Below the pieces are notes generated by a model. It saw only the letters and a list, made by a program, of their open reading frames with translations, made no database searches and had not been told where the DNA came from. A stretch of DNA of 64,000 nucleotides from an uncultured Acidobacteriota bacterium (GTDB taxonomy: Bacteria > Acidobacteriota > UBA6911). Below are positions 37,629-46,789 of this stretch, in pieces (position 1 is the stretch's first letter; each line of letters opens with the position of its first letter). A program made the position numbers and the translations under genes. The stretch lies in assembly GCA_964474425.1 (NCBI GenBank), contig CAYYTC010000006.1, positions 20,503-84,502 on the forward strand, read 5' to 3'.

Positions 37629-38387
37629 ATGGAACTTACGAAGGAAGAAATGCTTCGGTACAGCAGGCAAATACTGATTCCCGAAATTGGGATAGAAGGG
37701 CAACGGAAGCTCAAAGCGGCGAAGGTGTTTGTGGCCGGCGTTGGCGGCTTGGGCTCCATATCGTCCTACTATCTGACAGCAGCCGGGATCGGTCATCTGA
37801 GGATTGTGGACAGGGACAAGGTCGATTCCAGCAATCTGAACCGCCAGATCATTCACTGGACCGACGATGTCGGCTCGTACAAAGCGGATTCGGGCCGGCG
37901 CAAACTCGAACGCCTGAATCCCAACTGCACGATCGAGGCAATCCAGGCGGAAATCACGGAAAACAACTGCCGGGAACTCATCGGCGACTGCTCTCTGATC
38001 GTGGATGCAATGGATAACATGAAGGGAAGGAGGATATTGAATGCCGCCTCTGTCAGAAATGGGATCCCATATTTATACGGAGGCGTCCATCAGCTGGACG
38101 GTATGACAACCACCTTCATCCCGGGCCAGACTCCCTGTCTGGAATGTGTATTCCCCGGCGGGCATGAGGAATCTACGCAGGCACCCCCCGGAATCCTGGG
38201 CCCCGCGCCGGGGATTGTCTCATGCGTACAGTCCATTGAGGCCATAAAAATCCTATTGGGCATCAAGGGTCTGCTGACCGGCAGGCTGCTGTTCTTCTCC
38301 GGATTCGACATGACCTTCAGGGAGTACAAGATAACCGCCAATCCCCAATGCCGGGTCTGCGGGGCACAGGCACAGCAGCCGTCATAG
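37629..38387 (+). CDS. ThiF/MoeB/HesA-family E1-like adenylyltransferase
   Basis: LRYSRQIL...VFVAGVGGLGS Rossmann motif and C-terminal CLEC...CRVC zinc motif. Start taken at MELTKEEML. Confidence 0.8.
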   Translation: MELTKEEMLRYSRQILIPEIGIEGQRKLKAAKVFVAGVGGLGSISSYYLTAAGIGHLRIVDRDKVDSSNLNRQIIHWTDDVGSYKADSGRRKLERLNPNCTIEAIQAEITENNCRELIGDCSLIVDAMDNMKGRRILNAASVRNGIPYLYGGVHQLDGMTTTFIPGQTPCLECVFPGGHEESTQAPPGILGPAPGIVSCVQSIEAIKILLGIKGLLTGRLLFFSGFDMTFREYKITANPQCRVCGAQAQQPS

Positions 38388-38416
38388 CCTTGGGATGATC
38401 AACAAACCGGGGACGC

Positions 38417-39586
38417 TCATGAGCATTTCCGGAACGCGCGCGCGAAGCTCGGGAGCGAACGCACTATGGTTTCCCGAGGCACCGTCAGTGAGAGGCGGAT
38501 GTAAGGGCCGCGTCCAAAGCCTGTGCCGGGCACAGCGAGTACACCCTCTTCCTGAAGTATCCGCAAGAACGCCACATCATCCGGGATAGGTGTCTTCGGA
38601 AAGACATAGAAAGCCCCCTGGGGCTTGCAGACTTCGTATCCGATCTCGGCCAGCCCGTTGCACATCAGGTCCCGCTTCTCCTGGTAGGCAGCCACATCCG
38701 GAAGCTCTTCCGGCGCCTCGGCCGTGACCATCTGCCAGACCGCAGGAGCGTTGATAAATCCGAGGATGCGGTTGGCGAAAGTGCAGGCGTTGGCCAGATC
38801 TTCCGCTCCGGGCAGCCTGGGCGAGATGGCCAGGTACCCGATGCGCTCACCGGCCAATGCCCAGGTTTTGGACCATGAAGTGGCGATGATGCAATTGCTG
38901 ATGATCGATGCCGTTTCCGGGCACTTCACGCCATCGTAAACGATGGCTTTATAGGGCTCGTCGCTGATCACCGCGATGGTGTGATCCGCCTTCTGCAGCA
39001 CGGCCTCGAGGTCCCTTAACGATGCTTCAGAATATAGGACGCCGGTAGGGTTGTTCGGCGAGTTGATGATGATTGCCCGTGTGCGTGAGGTGATTTTCGA
39101 CTCAATGGCCGGCACATCCAGCGAAAAATCCTTGCAGGTTTCCACCGGCACGGTGCGTCCGCCGTGATTGAGGATGTAAAAATTGTAGTCGGGGAAGTAC
39201 GGATTGCATACGATGACCTCGTCTCCCGGGTCGAGAATGGCCTTCAACGCTGTATTCATGGCGCCCGCACAACCGACCGTCATGAGAACCAGGTCTTCGT
39301 TGAAGGGTACTCCCGTATCCCGCCGCAGGCGCTGGGCAACAGCCCGGCGCACGGCAGGGAATCCGGCGTTGGGCATATAGCCGTGTGCCGTGGGACGGTT
39401 TTCGCCCGCCAGCCGGCGAAAAGTTTTCAGCACGCCGGACGGCGGGTCTTCACTCGGATTCCCGAGCGTAAAATCGAATATGTTTTCCGCTCCCCGTTCT
39501 GCTTTCAATTGAATGCCTTCCTCAAACATCCTGCGGATCCATGAGGAGTTCTCCAGCTGCTTTTTAATCACATCCGCGACAATCAT
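38417..39586 (-). CDS. PLP-dependent aminotransferase, class I/II (AspAT-like)
   Basis: 389 aa. SWSKTWALAGERIGY contains the class-I PLP-lysine context. Confidence 0.8.
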   Translation of the reverse strand: MIVADVIKKQLENSSWIRRMFEEGIQLKAERGAENIFDFTLGNPSEDPPSGVLKTFRRLAGENRPTAHGYMPNAGFPAVRRAVAQRLRRDTGVPFNEDLVLMTVGCAGAMNTALKAILDPGDEVIVCNPYFPDYNFYILNHGGRTVPVETCKDFSLDVPAIESKITSRTRAIIINSPNNPTGVLYSEASLRDLEAVLQKADHTIAVISDEPYKAIVYDGVKCPETASIISNCIIATSWSKTWALAGERIGYLAISPRLPGAEDLANACTFANRILGFINAPAVWQMVTAEAPEELPDVAAYQEKRDLMCNGLAEIGYEVCKPQGAFYVFPKTPIPDDVAFLRILQEEGVLAVPGTGFGRGPYIRLSLTVPRETIVRSLPSFARAFRKCS

Positions 39587-39766
39587 TTTTGGCTCCCATA
39601 GTAATTATTGCATCCATACGGCCTGCCGGGCGCCTTGCAGGGCCCCACAGACAATGAGTTCAAATTCTAACTTCCGTTGCGGCAGCATGCAAGTCGGTTG
39701 CTGCACCGCAGGAGGCCGGGAGTCAGGGACGCATTCCGGCCTCTCTCTTCGGGATTTTTGTCTTTT

Positions 39767-41044
39767 TCAGGGAATGTATTCGGGGAAAAAGGAGCGGACG
39801 ACCATGGTCAGCGTCAACACGATGATCACGATGCAGGTAGTCCAGGCAATGGCATTGAACGCCCGGCTGTTGCGGTGCGCACCCATGAGATCTTCCCGGT
39901 TGCACAGCCTCAGCATAAATATCAAAACGAAGGGCAGCAGGACGCCGTTGGCGACCTGGGTGAACAGGATTATGGGAACCTGTTTCCTCTCGCTGAGAAC
40001 CAGTACGGCGAGGCCGCCCAGGATGATCAGCCCCGTGTAGAGCGAATAAAACACGGGAGCTTCGTGGGGCCGTTTATCAATGCCGGATTCAAAACCCAGG
40101 CCTTCGCAGACGGTGTAGGCCGTTGCAAGCGGCAGGATGCTGGCTGCGAACAATGAGGCATTGCACAGTCCCAGCGCGAAGAGGGCACTGGCGGCTCTCC
40201 CGGCGAGAGGCTCCAGCGCGAGGGCGGCGTCGGCCGCGCCGTTAATCTGCTGATGGCCTCCCATAAAAATCGTGGCCGCGCAGGCCACAATAATGAAGTA
40301 GGCGACCACGCTGACCAGGATGCAGCCGATAATGACATCCAGCCGTGACTGCCTGTAATTCTCAACCTTGATGCCCTTCTCGACGACGGCTGCCTGCAGG
40401 TAAAACTGCATCCAGGGGGCAATGGTAGTCCCTACCAGGCCGAGGATCATATAGAGCTCGCCGGTGCTGAGGCTCATCCGGGGGACAACCGTTCCCAATA
40501 GGGCCGACTCCCAATCCGGATCGGCCAAAAAGCCCGAAATCACATAGGCGACATAGAATACGCATGCCGCAAGGAACACCCTTTCCACGGTTTTGTGGCT
40601 TCCCCGGAAAACCAGAAGCCAGACCAGAACCGCTCCCAGGGGGACGGACAGGAATCTGCTGACATGAAAAATGGACATTCCCGATGCCAGGCCGGCGAAT
40701 TCCGATACGGTATTGCCCCAGTTGGTCAGCAGCAGCAGGGCCATAAGAATAAAGGTCATGCGGAAGCCATATTCCTCCCGAATGAGATCTGCCAGCCCCT
40801 TGCCGGTGACAACGCCCATGCGCGCCGCCATTTCCTGGACGATTATGAGAGCTGCCGTTATGGGGATCAGGGTCCATAGAAGGGCATAACCATAGCGGGC
40901 GCCGGCTGCCGAATAGGTGTAGATGCCCCCGGCATCGTTGTCCACATTGGCGGTGATGATGCCCGGACCGACTACGCTCAGAAAGATAAGCAGGCTGGTC
41001 TTCCAGCGCCGGAGTCTTGCGAGATTCATTGGCAGCGTGAGCAT
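39767..41044 (-). CDS. SLC11/NRAMP-family transporter with non-canonical metal site (NRMT-like, putative Mg2+ transporter)
   Basis: TM1 reads DAGG where canonical NRAMP has DPGN. TM6 reads TTIAPW where canonical has AxxMPH. Gap-free alignment to the MntH TM1 block. Confidence 0.8.
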   Translation of the reverse strand: MLTLPMNLARLRRWKTSLLIFLSVVGPGIITANVDNDAGGIYTYSAAGARYGYALLWTLIPITAALIIVQEMAARMGVVTGKGLADLIREEYGFRMTFILMALLLLTNWGNTVSEFAGLASGMSIFHVSRFLSVPLGAVLVWLLVFRGSHKTVERVFLAACVFYVAYVISGFLADPDWESALLGTVVPRMSLSTGELYMILGLVGTTIAPWMQFYLQAAVVEKGIKVENYRQSRLDVIIGCILVSVVAYFIIVACAATIFMGGHQQINGAADAALALEPLAGRAASALFALGLCNASLFAASILPLATAYTVCEGLGFESGIDKRPHEAPVFYSLYTGLIILGGLAVLVLSERKQVPIILFTQVANGVLLPFVLIFMLRLCNREDLMGAHRNSRAFNAIAWTTCIVIIVLTLTMVVRSFFPEYIP

Positions 41045-41050
41045 GATCCG

Positions 41051-42325
41051 TCACTTTTCCTTAACGACCAGTTCCAGAACGTCGTCGGCTGTTACCACTC
41101 CCAGAAGCCGGCCGTTATCGTCGACCACCGGCAGAGTAAGAAGGTTGTATTTATGAAAAGTGCTGATGACGGTTTTTTTGTCCGCATGGAAGGGTACCGA
41201 AATCGGCGGGTCCGCGACCAGATCGCAAAGCCGGGAATTCTTGCCCGCAAGGAGCAGGAGCGCCAGGGGCACCGTCCGTGTCAGTTCCAGGTTTTCCGAT
41301 ATCAAATAGACGGAATGAACAGTCTCGACCGGTCCGTTGAAATTCCTTAGGGCTTCGACGGCCGCTTCCACGGTCGCCGTTTCCGCCAGCACTATGAATT
41401 CCGTTGTCATGAAGCCGCCGGCCGTGTTTTCCTCGAACCCGAGCAGTTCGCGCACTTCTTCGGCTTCAGCTTCCTCCATGTTCGCAAGAACCTCCGCTGA
41501 GGTTTCCGGCGGGAGTTCCTGCAGCACATCGGCCGCCTCATCCGGAGCCATCTCCTCGACAATGTCGGCAGCCTTTCCGGCAGAGAGGCTGTTCAATAGC
41601 GCCACCTGCATGCGCGTCGGAATTTCGGAAACGGCTTCGGCTGCCGTTTCGTCATCCAGCGACTCGATAACGGACCTTTGCTCGTCGCGGCTCAATTCCT
41701 CGAGAATATCGGCCAGGTCCGCCGGATGAAGCTGGGCCAGCCGGTTGTAGGAAATCCTTAGCTTGACGCGCCTTGCCGGGTCCGGCTCGATCAGGTTGAC
41801 AAATTCCCAGGGGATGGTCTGCGTGGACAGAACGGAGACTATCGTGCGGATCCGGTGTTTTGCGAACAGGCCTTGTAACAGGCGGCGGGCTGCGGCCGAC
41901 GTCCCGACGTTCACTGCGACGATGCGCAACTCCGTTTGTTTGTGGTCGGGCTGAATGTCAAAATCCACGTCGATGACACGGACCACTTTCCGGTCATTGA
42001 CGTCGATAATCTGCTGATCCAGGACGTCTTTTTTGATGCAGATCAATCCTTCGTCGGGAGTGGAGCTGCCGATTTCGTTCGCCGGGACACTGGTCTGCAC
42101 GGCGCGCACCGAAATCGTGGAAATCCATCCATGCTCGATGCACAGAAGCTTCTTCTGAGGCGTCATGACATAGAAATAGGCCACCAGAAAGGAATTCTGG
42201 CTCGGGTTGATCGCCAGTTCCACCAGGCGTCCGAGATATTCACCCTTTGCGTCATAAGTCGGCAGATTTTCGAGTTCGGTGAAGTAGATCATAGGAGCCT
42301 CGCTGACTGAGGATTCAGAAATCAT
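41051..42325 (-). CDS. soluble PRC-barrel / MgtE-N-domain / CBS-pair protein (MgtE cytoplasmic regulatory module without transmembrane pore)
   Basis: Acidic helical MgtE_N repeats (LHPADLADILEELSRDEQ..., ADIVEEMAPDEAADVLQELPPETSAEVLANMEEAEAEEVRELLGFEENTAGGFMTTEF) followed by two CBS motifs. The ORF-track N-terminal extension to 43000 overlaps cbiM and is rejected; start taken at MISESSVS. 6-nt gap to the NRAMP-like gene. Confidence 0.75.
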   Translation of the reverse strand: MISESSVSEAPMIYFTELENLPTYDAKGEYLGRLVELAINPSQNSFLVAYFYVMTPQKKLLCIEHGWISTISVRAVQTSVPANEIGSSTPDEGLICIKKDVLDQQIIDVNDRKVVRVIDVDFDIQPDHKQTELRIVAVNVGTSAAARRLLQGLFAKHRIRTIVSVLSTQTIPWEFVNLIEPDPARRVKLRISYNRLAQLHPADLADILEELSRDEQRSVIESLDDETAAEAVSEIPTRMQVALLNSLSAGKAADIVEEMAPDEAADVLQELPPETSAEVLANMEEAEAEEVRELLGFEENTAGGFMTTEFIVLAETATVEAAVEALRNFNGPVETVHSVYLISENLELTRTVPLALLLLAGKNSRLCDLVADPPISVPFHADKKTVISTFHKYNLLTLPVVDDNGRLLGVVTADDVLELVVKEK

Positions 42326-42470
42326 AGTACACCAAGTTCCTGGAAGATGAGGGACGTAAACACTGCCGGATGGCGCCAATGGCGCGGGCCGCCTGTCCCG
42401 CCTGCGGCCGCCTGTCGCAGATCGGGTTCTTTGTCGCTGTTTTTCAGCGCCGGCTTGGTCTAGAATCTCG

Positions 42471-43388
42471 ATGATGCATATGCCAGATGGATTTTTGTCC
42501 AACCCGATGGCAATTTCCCTGAACGTGGTATCTGCGGCAAACGTATGGTATGCGGCCCGGCGCACGAAGATTGATCTTTCGGGACGCATGGTCCCCATGA
42601 TGGGGATGCTCGCGGCATTCGTTTTCGCGGCCCAGATGCTCAATTTCCCCGTGCTCGGCGGCACCTCGGGCCACCTGATAGGGGGCAGCCTCCTGGCCAT
42701 CCTGCTTGGGCCGATGGCAGGATCCCTGGCCATGACGACGGTGATTGTTGCCCAGGCGTTGTTCCTCCAGGACGGAGGCCTGGTCGCCCTCGGGGCCAAT
42801 ATATTCAACATCGGTGTCGTTACCAGCATGAGCGGGTATGCCATATTCCGGCTCCTCGGAGGGGATGTGCGCGGCGGCAGACGCCTGTTCCTGGCCGGAT
42901 TTCTTGCCGGATGGTCCTCTTTGGTCATTTCGGCTGCTTTTTGCGCGCTTGAACTGGGCCTATCGGGCGCCATCCCCTTGCGCATCGCCCTGATGACCAT
43001 GGTTGGGTATCATGCCGCCGTGGGGATTCTGGAGGGCATGCTGACGGCGGGAGTCCTGAATTTCCTGCATAGGGTGAGGCCGGATCTCATGGCCATCGAC
43101 GGCCTGAGCAAATTCAGGATGCCGGATTGGATCGGGGCTGTTCTGTTTGTAGCGATTCCCGGCGCGATCCTGGTCATGGCCGGCAGTTCCAGTCTCCCGG
43201 ACCCTCTTGAAAAGCTGCTGGAAGCAAGCCCGCTGAAGGCCGAATCCGGGGCCGACATCAGTCCGGAAGGGCTTGTGTCCACAGGGCGCCTTGCCGAGTA
43301 CCTGTTGCGAACCGCGATCTTCCTTGTGTTGATCGGTCTCGGATTGCTCGCGATGCGCATGGCGAAGCGAAGGAGAGGCCGGTCATGA
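42471..43388 (+). CDS. ECF transporter substrate-capture component CbiM/NikM fused to an N-like C-terminal two-TM segment (Co2+/Ni2+)
   Basis: N-terminal MHMPDGFLSNP (essential His2). 305 aa with extra C-terminal TM pair. Confidence 0.8.
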   Translation: MMHMPDGFLSNPMAISLNVVSAANVWYAARRTKIDLSGRMVPMMGMLAAFVFAAQMLNFPVLGGTSGHLIGGSLLAILLGPMAGSLAMTTVIVAQALFLQDGGLVALGANIFNIGVVTSMSGYAIFRLLGGDVRGGRRLFLAGFLAGWSSLVISAAFCALELGLSGAIPLRIALMTMVGYHAAVGILEGMLTAGVLNFLHRVRPDLMAIDGLSKFRMPDWIGAVLFVAIPGAILVMAGSSSLPDPLEKLLEASPLKAESGADISPEGLVSTGRLAEYLLRTAIFLVLIGLGLLAMRMAKRRRGRS

Positions 43389-44095
43389 GACACAGCTTCA
43401 TAGACCGCTATGCTTCGCTGGATTCGCCCCTGCATGTTCTGGAAGCCCGCTCCAAGCTTATCGCTTTTACCGCCCTGATGGTGGGCGTTCTATGCATCCC
43501 GGCGGAACGGGGATCGATGTTCTTCATCTATTTTTTTGCCACGGCGATCCTGATGGGCATCTCGCAGATCCCGCTGACCTACATCGTGGGGCGGACTTTT
43601 CTGATCCTGCCGTTCATAGTGCTGGCCGGTCTGGCGGCGCCCTGGAAGGGGGGGTATTGGGGTTTGGGCATCCTTTTTATCCGCGCCGTTCTGTGCCTGT
43701 TCCTGCTGGTTCTCCTGACCAACACCACACGCTTTGTCGAGCTGCTGCGCGGCATGCGGAGGCTGGGATGTCCCCAAATCCTGGTTATGAACCTTGGTTT
43801 CCTCTACCGGTATCTTTTTGTCCTCACGGAGGAGGCGATGAGAATGAAGCAGGCGCGCGACTGCCGCCGCGTCGGACGGGCCGGGTTCGGGGAAGAAATA
43901 AAAATACTGAGTTCGATGCTTGGAACTCTTCTGATACGCTCTTTCGAGCGGGCGGAACGTATGCATTCGGCCATGCTTTCCCGCGCCTATGCAGGCGATT
44001 TTCCCGTCGTGTCGCCGCGGAAATTTACGCTGCGCGATGCCGCATTTCTTTCGGGCGTGGTAATTTTTATCACTTTGTCGTTTTGGATAGGATGA
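43385..44095 (+). CDS. ECF transporter transmembrane T component (CbiQ/NikQ)
   Basis: ATGA overlap with the M component. 236 aa, 5-6 TM. Confidence 0.8.
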   Translation: MRHSFIDRYASLDSPLHVLEARSKLIAFTALMVGVLCIPAERGSMFFIYFFATAILMGISQIPLTYIVGRTFLILPFIVLAGLAAPWKGGYWGLGILFIRAVLCLFLLVLLTNTTRFVELLRGMRRLGCPQILVMNLGFLYRYLFVLTEEAMRMKQARDCRRVGRAGFGEEIKILSSMLGTLLIRSFERAERMHSAMLSRAYAGDFPVVSPRKFTLRDAAFLSGVVIFITLSFWIG

Positions 44096-44149
44096 AACCC
44101 GGCGGGCAGCAAAAACGCCTGGATCGGACGCCCGCCGAACAGGACTGAC

Positions 44150-44893
44150 ATGACCGGCTATGCGGTTCGGATAACCCGGCTGAACTACACATACCCCGAT
44201 GGCACAAAGGCGCTGGAGGGGATCGATCTCGATGTGCGGTCGGGAGAGCGGGTGGCAATCGTGGGCCCGAGCGGGGCCGGAAAATCCACTCTGCTCCTTC
44301 ACCTGAACGGCATCCTGCCGGCCAGCGCGGCCGTGCGGATCAAGGGCCAAAGCCTGGATACGGCCGATTTAAAGCGAATCCGCAAGCAGGTCGGGTTGCT
44401 CTTTCAGGATCCCAATGACCAGCTTTTTTGTCCGACCGTATTCGAGGATGTGGCTTTCGGCCCGTTGAATCTTGGAGTGCCTGCGGACGAAATTCCCCGC
44501 CGGGTGGAGAAGGCGCTGCTGGACTCGGGGTTGGAGTATGCCATCCGGTCCCGTTCGTCGCATCATCTGAGCCTGGGCGAAAGAAGGCGGGTTTCTCTGG
44601 CAGCCGTTCTTGTGATGGAGCCGGAAATCCTGGGAATGGACGAACCGACGAGCAACCTCGATCCGAGGAACCGCCGCCATTTGATTGAAGTGGTCGCCGG
44701 GCTCGAGGCAACCCTGATCATCGCCACGCACGACCTGGAGCTTGTTCTGGACGTGTGTCCGCGAACGGTCCTGATGGATCGCGGCAGGATCTGGGCGGAC
44801 GGCGAGACGCGCGCCATGCTGGCCGATGCCCGGCTGATGGATCTCCACGGTCTGGAAGTGCCGTTGAGCCTGAGGTCCGGGACCCGGCCATAA
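44150..44893 (+). CDS. ECF transporter ATPase A component (CbiO/NikO)
   Basis: Walker A GPSGAGKST, signature LSLGERRRV, Walker B LVMDEPTSNLD. Confidence 0.9.
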   Translation: MTGYAVRITRLNYTYPDGTKALEGIDLDVRSGERVAIVGPSGAGKSTLLLHLNGILPASAAVRIKGQSLDTADLKRIRKQVGLLFQDPNDQLFCPTVFEDVAFGPLNLGVPADEIPRRVEKALLDSGLEYAIRSRSSHHLSLGERRRVSLAAVLVMEPEILGMDEPTSNLDPRNRRHLIEVVAGLEATLIIATHDLELVLDVCPRTVLMDRGRIWADGETRAMLADARLMDLHGLEVPLSLRSGTRP

Positions 44894-45032
44894 GATTTCG
44901 AAAAAACCGAAGCTTCCGGTTGTCTCAAAACCCGATGGATAGATAAGGATCGCGGGCCGCGGATCGAAAATCGGTGACCGGATGGTTCCGGGCCGCTGGC
45001 TCAAAGGATTTTATCAGAAAACTGGAGTGAGT

Positions 45033-45668
45033 ATGCCGTTCATGATTCCGGCCGGACCGCTGCAGCTGGAGGCGCATCTGCGGGAGCCCCGGGAAACGCT
45101 CCGGGGGGCCGCGCTATTCTGCCATCCGCACCCGGTCTACGGCGGCACGATGGATAACCGGGTTGTTTACCGCGCGGCCAAGTCTGCGGCCGCAGCCGGC
45201 TTTGCGGCTTTGCGTTTCAACTTCCGCGGCGCAGGCAACAGCACAGGTTCCTTTGACCAGGGGATCGGTGAGAAAGATGATGTCCTGGCGGCGCTGGATT
45301 GGCTGGAGGGAAAATACCCCGGGCGTTTTCTGGCGCTCGGGGGATACTCCTTCGGCGCCTGGGTAGGTCTTCAGATCGGGTGCGGGGACCGGCGCGTCCG
45401 GGCGCTGCTGGGCCTGGGATTGCCCCTGAATCTTTACAGCATGGATTTCCTGGCCGATTGTTCCAAGCCGGCGCTTTACATCGTCGGAAGCCGGGATGAA
45501 TTCTGCTCCCCGGAAAACCTGGACCGGTTGTCGCAACGGCTTCCCGCGACTTCAAGGGTGCACCGTATAGCCGGCGCCGATCATTTTTTTAATGGACACA
45601 TAGAATTCGTCGAAAGACTAATGGCCGGATTTTTCGAGGGAATGCATACCGGTCAGGGTGCGGCATGA
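45033..45668 (+). CDS. alpha/beta hydrolase-fold protein
   Basis: GGYSFGAW nucleophile-elbow motif. An alternative upstream start at 44982 is possible. Confidence 0.65.
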   Translation: MPFMIPAGPLQLEAHLREPRETLRGAALFCHPHPVYGGTMDNRVVYRAAKSAAAAGFAALRFNFRGAGNSTGSFDQGIGEKDDVLAALDWLEGKYPGRFLALGGYSFGAWVGLQIGCGDRRVRALLGLGLPLNLYSMDFLADCSKPALYIVGSRDEFCSPENLDRLSQRLPATSRVHRIAGADHFFNGHIEFVERLMAGFFEGMHTGQGAA

Positions 45669-46696
45669 GAAAAGTTTTATTGACGGCGGCTCTCGTTTTG
45701 GCATCGGCTCAAGGCCCGGGATCCTCATTTGCCGCGGCGCGCTTTGAAAAGGTGAGCGATCACTGCTATTGCCTTCAGTCGGCTGAGAGCGGAGGGAACG
45801 TCGGAGCCGTCGCAACGGAAGAAGGCGTCTTAATGATTGATCCCCCTCCGGAACCGGCTCTGTCCGCTGCGGTGGAGGCCCTGAAAAAGCTGACCTCGAA
45901 AGCCGTACGGTGGGTAGTCTTCACCGATCCGGCCCGTATCAGAACTGAGAATGCCCGTTATTATGCCGGCCAGGGGGCTGTCCTTGTAGCAAGCTCACAG
46001 ATGTACAGCCTTTATGCATCCGCCAATGGCGATCCGAATGCTCCGGGAACCGAAGCCCGCGCAGGAGGTCCGGCCAAGCCCCCGGACTCATCCTGGTTCA
46101 TTTTCGACCGGCAGATGCGCCTGTTTCCCGCAAATCTGGAGGTGCGCATTGTCGCCTTGCAGTCGAAATCCCGGACCGGCGGGGATGTTTTTGTATTTGT
46201 CCCCGCGGAAAAAGTTCTGTTTGTGGGGGGACTCTACGAATACGCGAGATATCCGGATATCGATGAGGCGCTGGGGGGAAGTGCCGATGGCTGGATTGAG
46301 GGATTGAGCCAGGTAGTCGATACGGTGCCGCTTTTGAAAGCCGCAATCCCCGCAGCAAAGCCTTTGCCCAAATCCGCGCCGAAGCCGGCGGCGAAGCCTG
46401 AGACAAAGCCGTCCCCAAAGGCTGCCGCAAAACAGGAAGAGCTCGAAGACGAAGAGGAGAAGACCCTGGAAGAGGGAATCGCCATCATCTCCGCCTCGGG
46501 CAGCGCCTCCAATCTTCGGGAAATGAAGGAAATGCTGCAAACCTCGCGAAGGCTCCGGAATGATATTTCAAGGGCTGCCAGGACAGGAGGGGGCTGTGAG
46601 AATTTCCTCGCTTCCTCCCGGTCCGGCGCATACCGGAATTTTGCCAATTTGGATGCCTTTGCCTGCCGTCTCTTCGAAGCCCTTCAGCGGAAGTAA
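45665..46696 (+). CDS. secreted protein with a degenerate metallo-beta-lactamase-like N-domain, a Pro/Ala/Lys-rich linker and a C-terminal domain
   Basis: Signal peptide. MBL-like blocks (GVLMIDPP..., GGDVFVFVPAEKVLFVGGLY) but no HxHxDH motif. Linker PAAKPLPKSAPKPAAKPETKPSPKAAAK. Confidence 0.45.
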   Translation: MRKVLLTAALVLASAQGPGSSFAAARFEKVSDHCYCLQSAESGGNVGAVATEEGVLMIDPPPEPALSAAVEALKKLTSKAVRWVVFTDPARIRTENARYYAGQGAVLVASSQMYSLYASANGDPNAPGTEARAGGPAKPPDSSWFIFDRQMRLFPANLEVRIVALQSKSRTGGDVFVFVPAEKVLFVGGLYEYARYPDIDEALGGSADGWIEGLSQVVDTVPLLKAAIPAAKPLPKSAPKPAAKPETKPSPKAAAKQEELEDEEEKTLEEGIAIISASGSASNLREMKEMLQTSRRLRNDISRAARTGGGCENFLASSRSGAYRNFANLDAFACRLFEALQRK

Positions 46697-46789
46697 ACTG
46701 CGGAAATCAGCGCAATAACGCGGCCCGCGAATCAGCCATGCTCCGCCGAAATAACCGGTACCGCTTTTCTTTCAAGACCCGCTTCCCCG

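Noticed and set aside
42326-43000. 225-aa N-terminal extension of the MgtE-N/CBS ORF
   Set aside because: Pro/Arg/Ser-rich low complexity. Overlaps the well-supported cbiM gene on the other strand. Real start taken at MISESSVS (about 42325).
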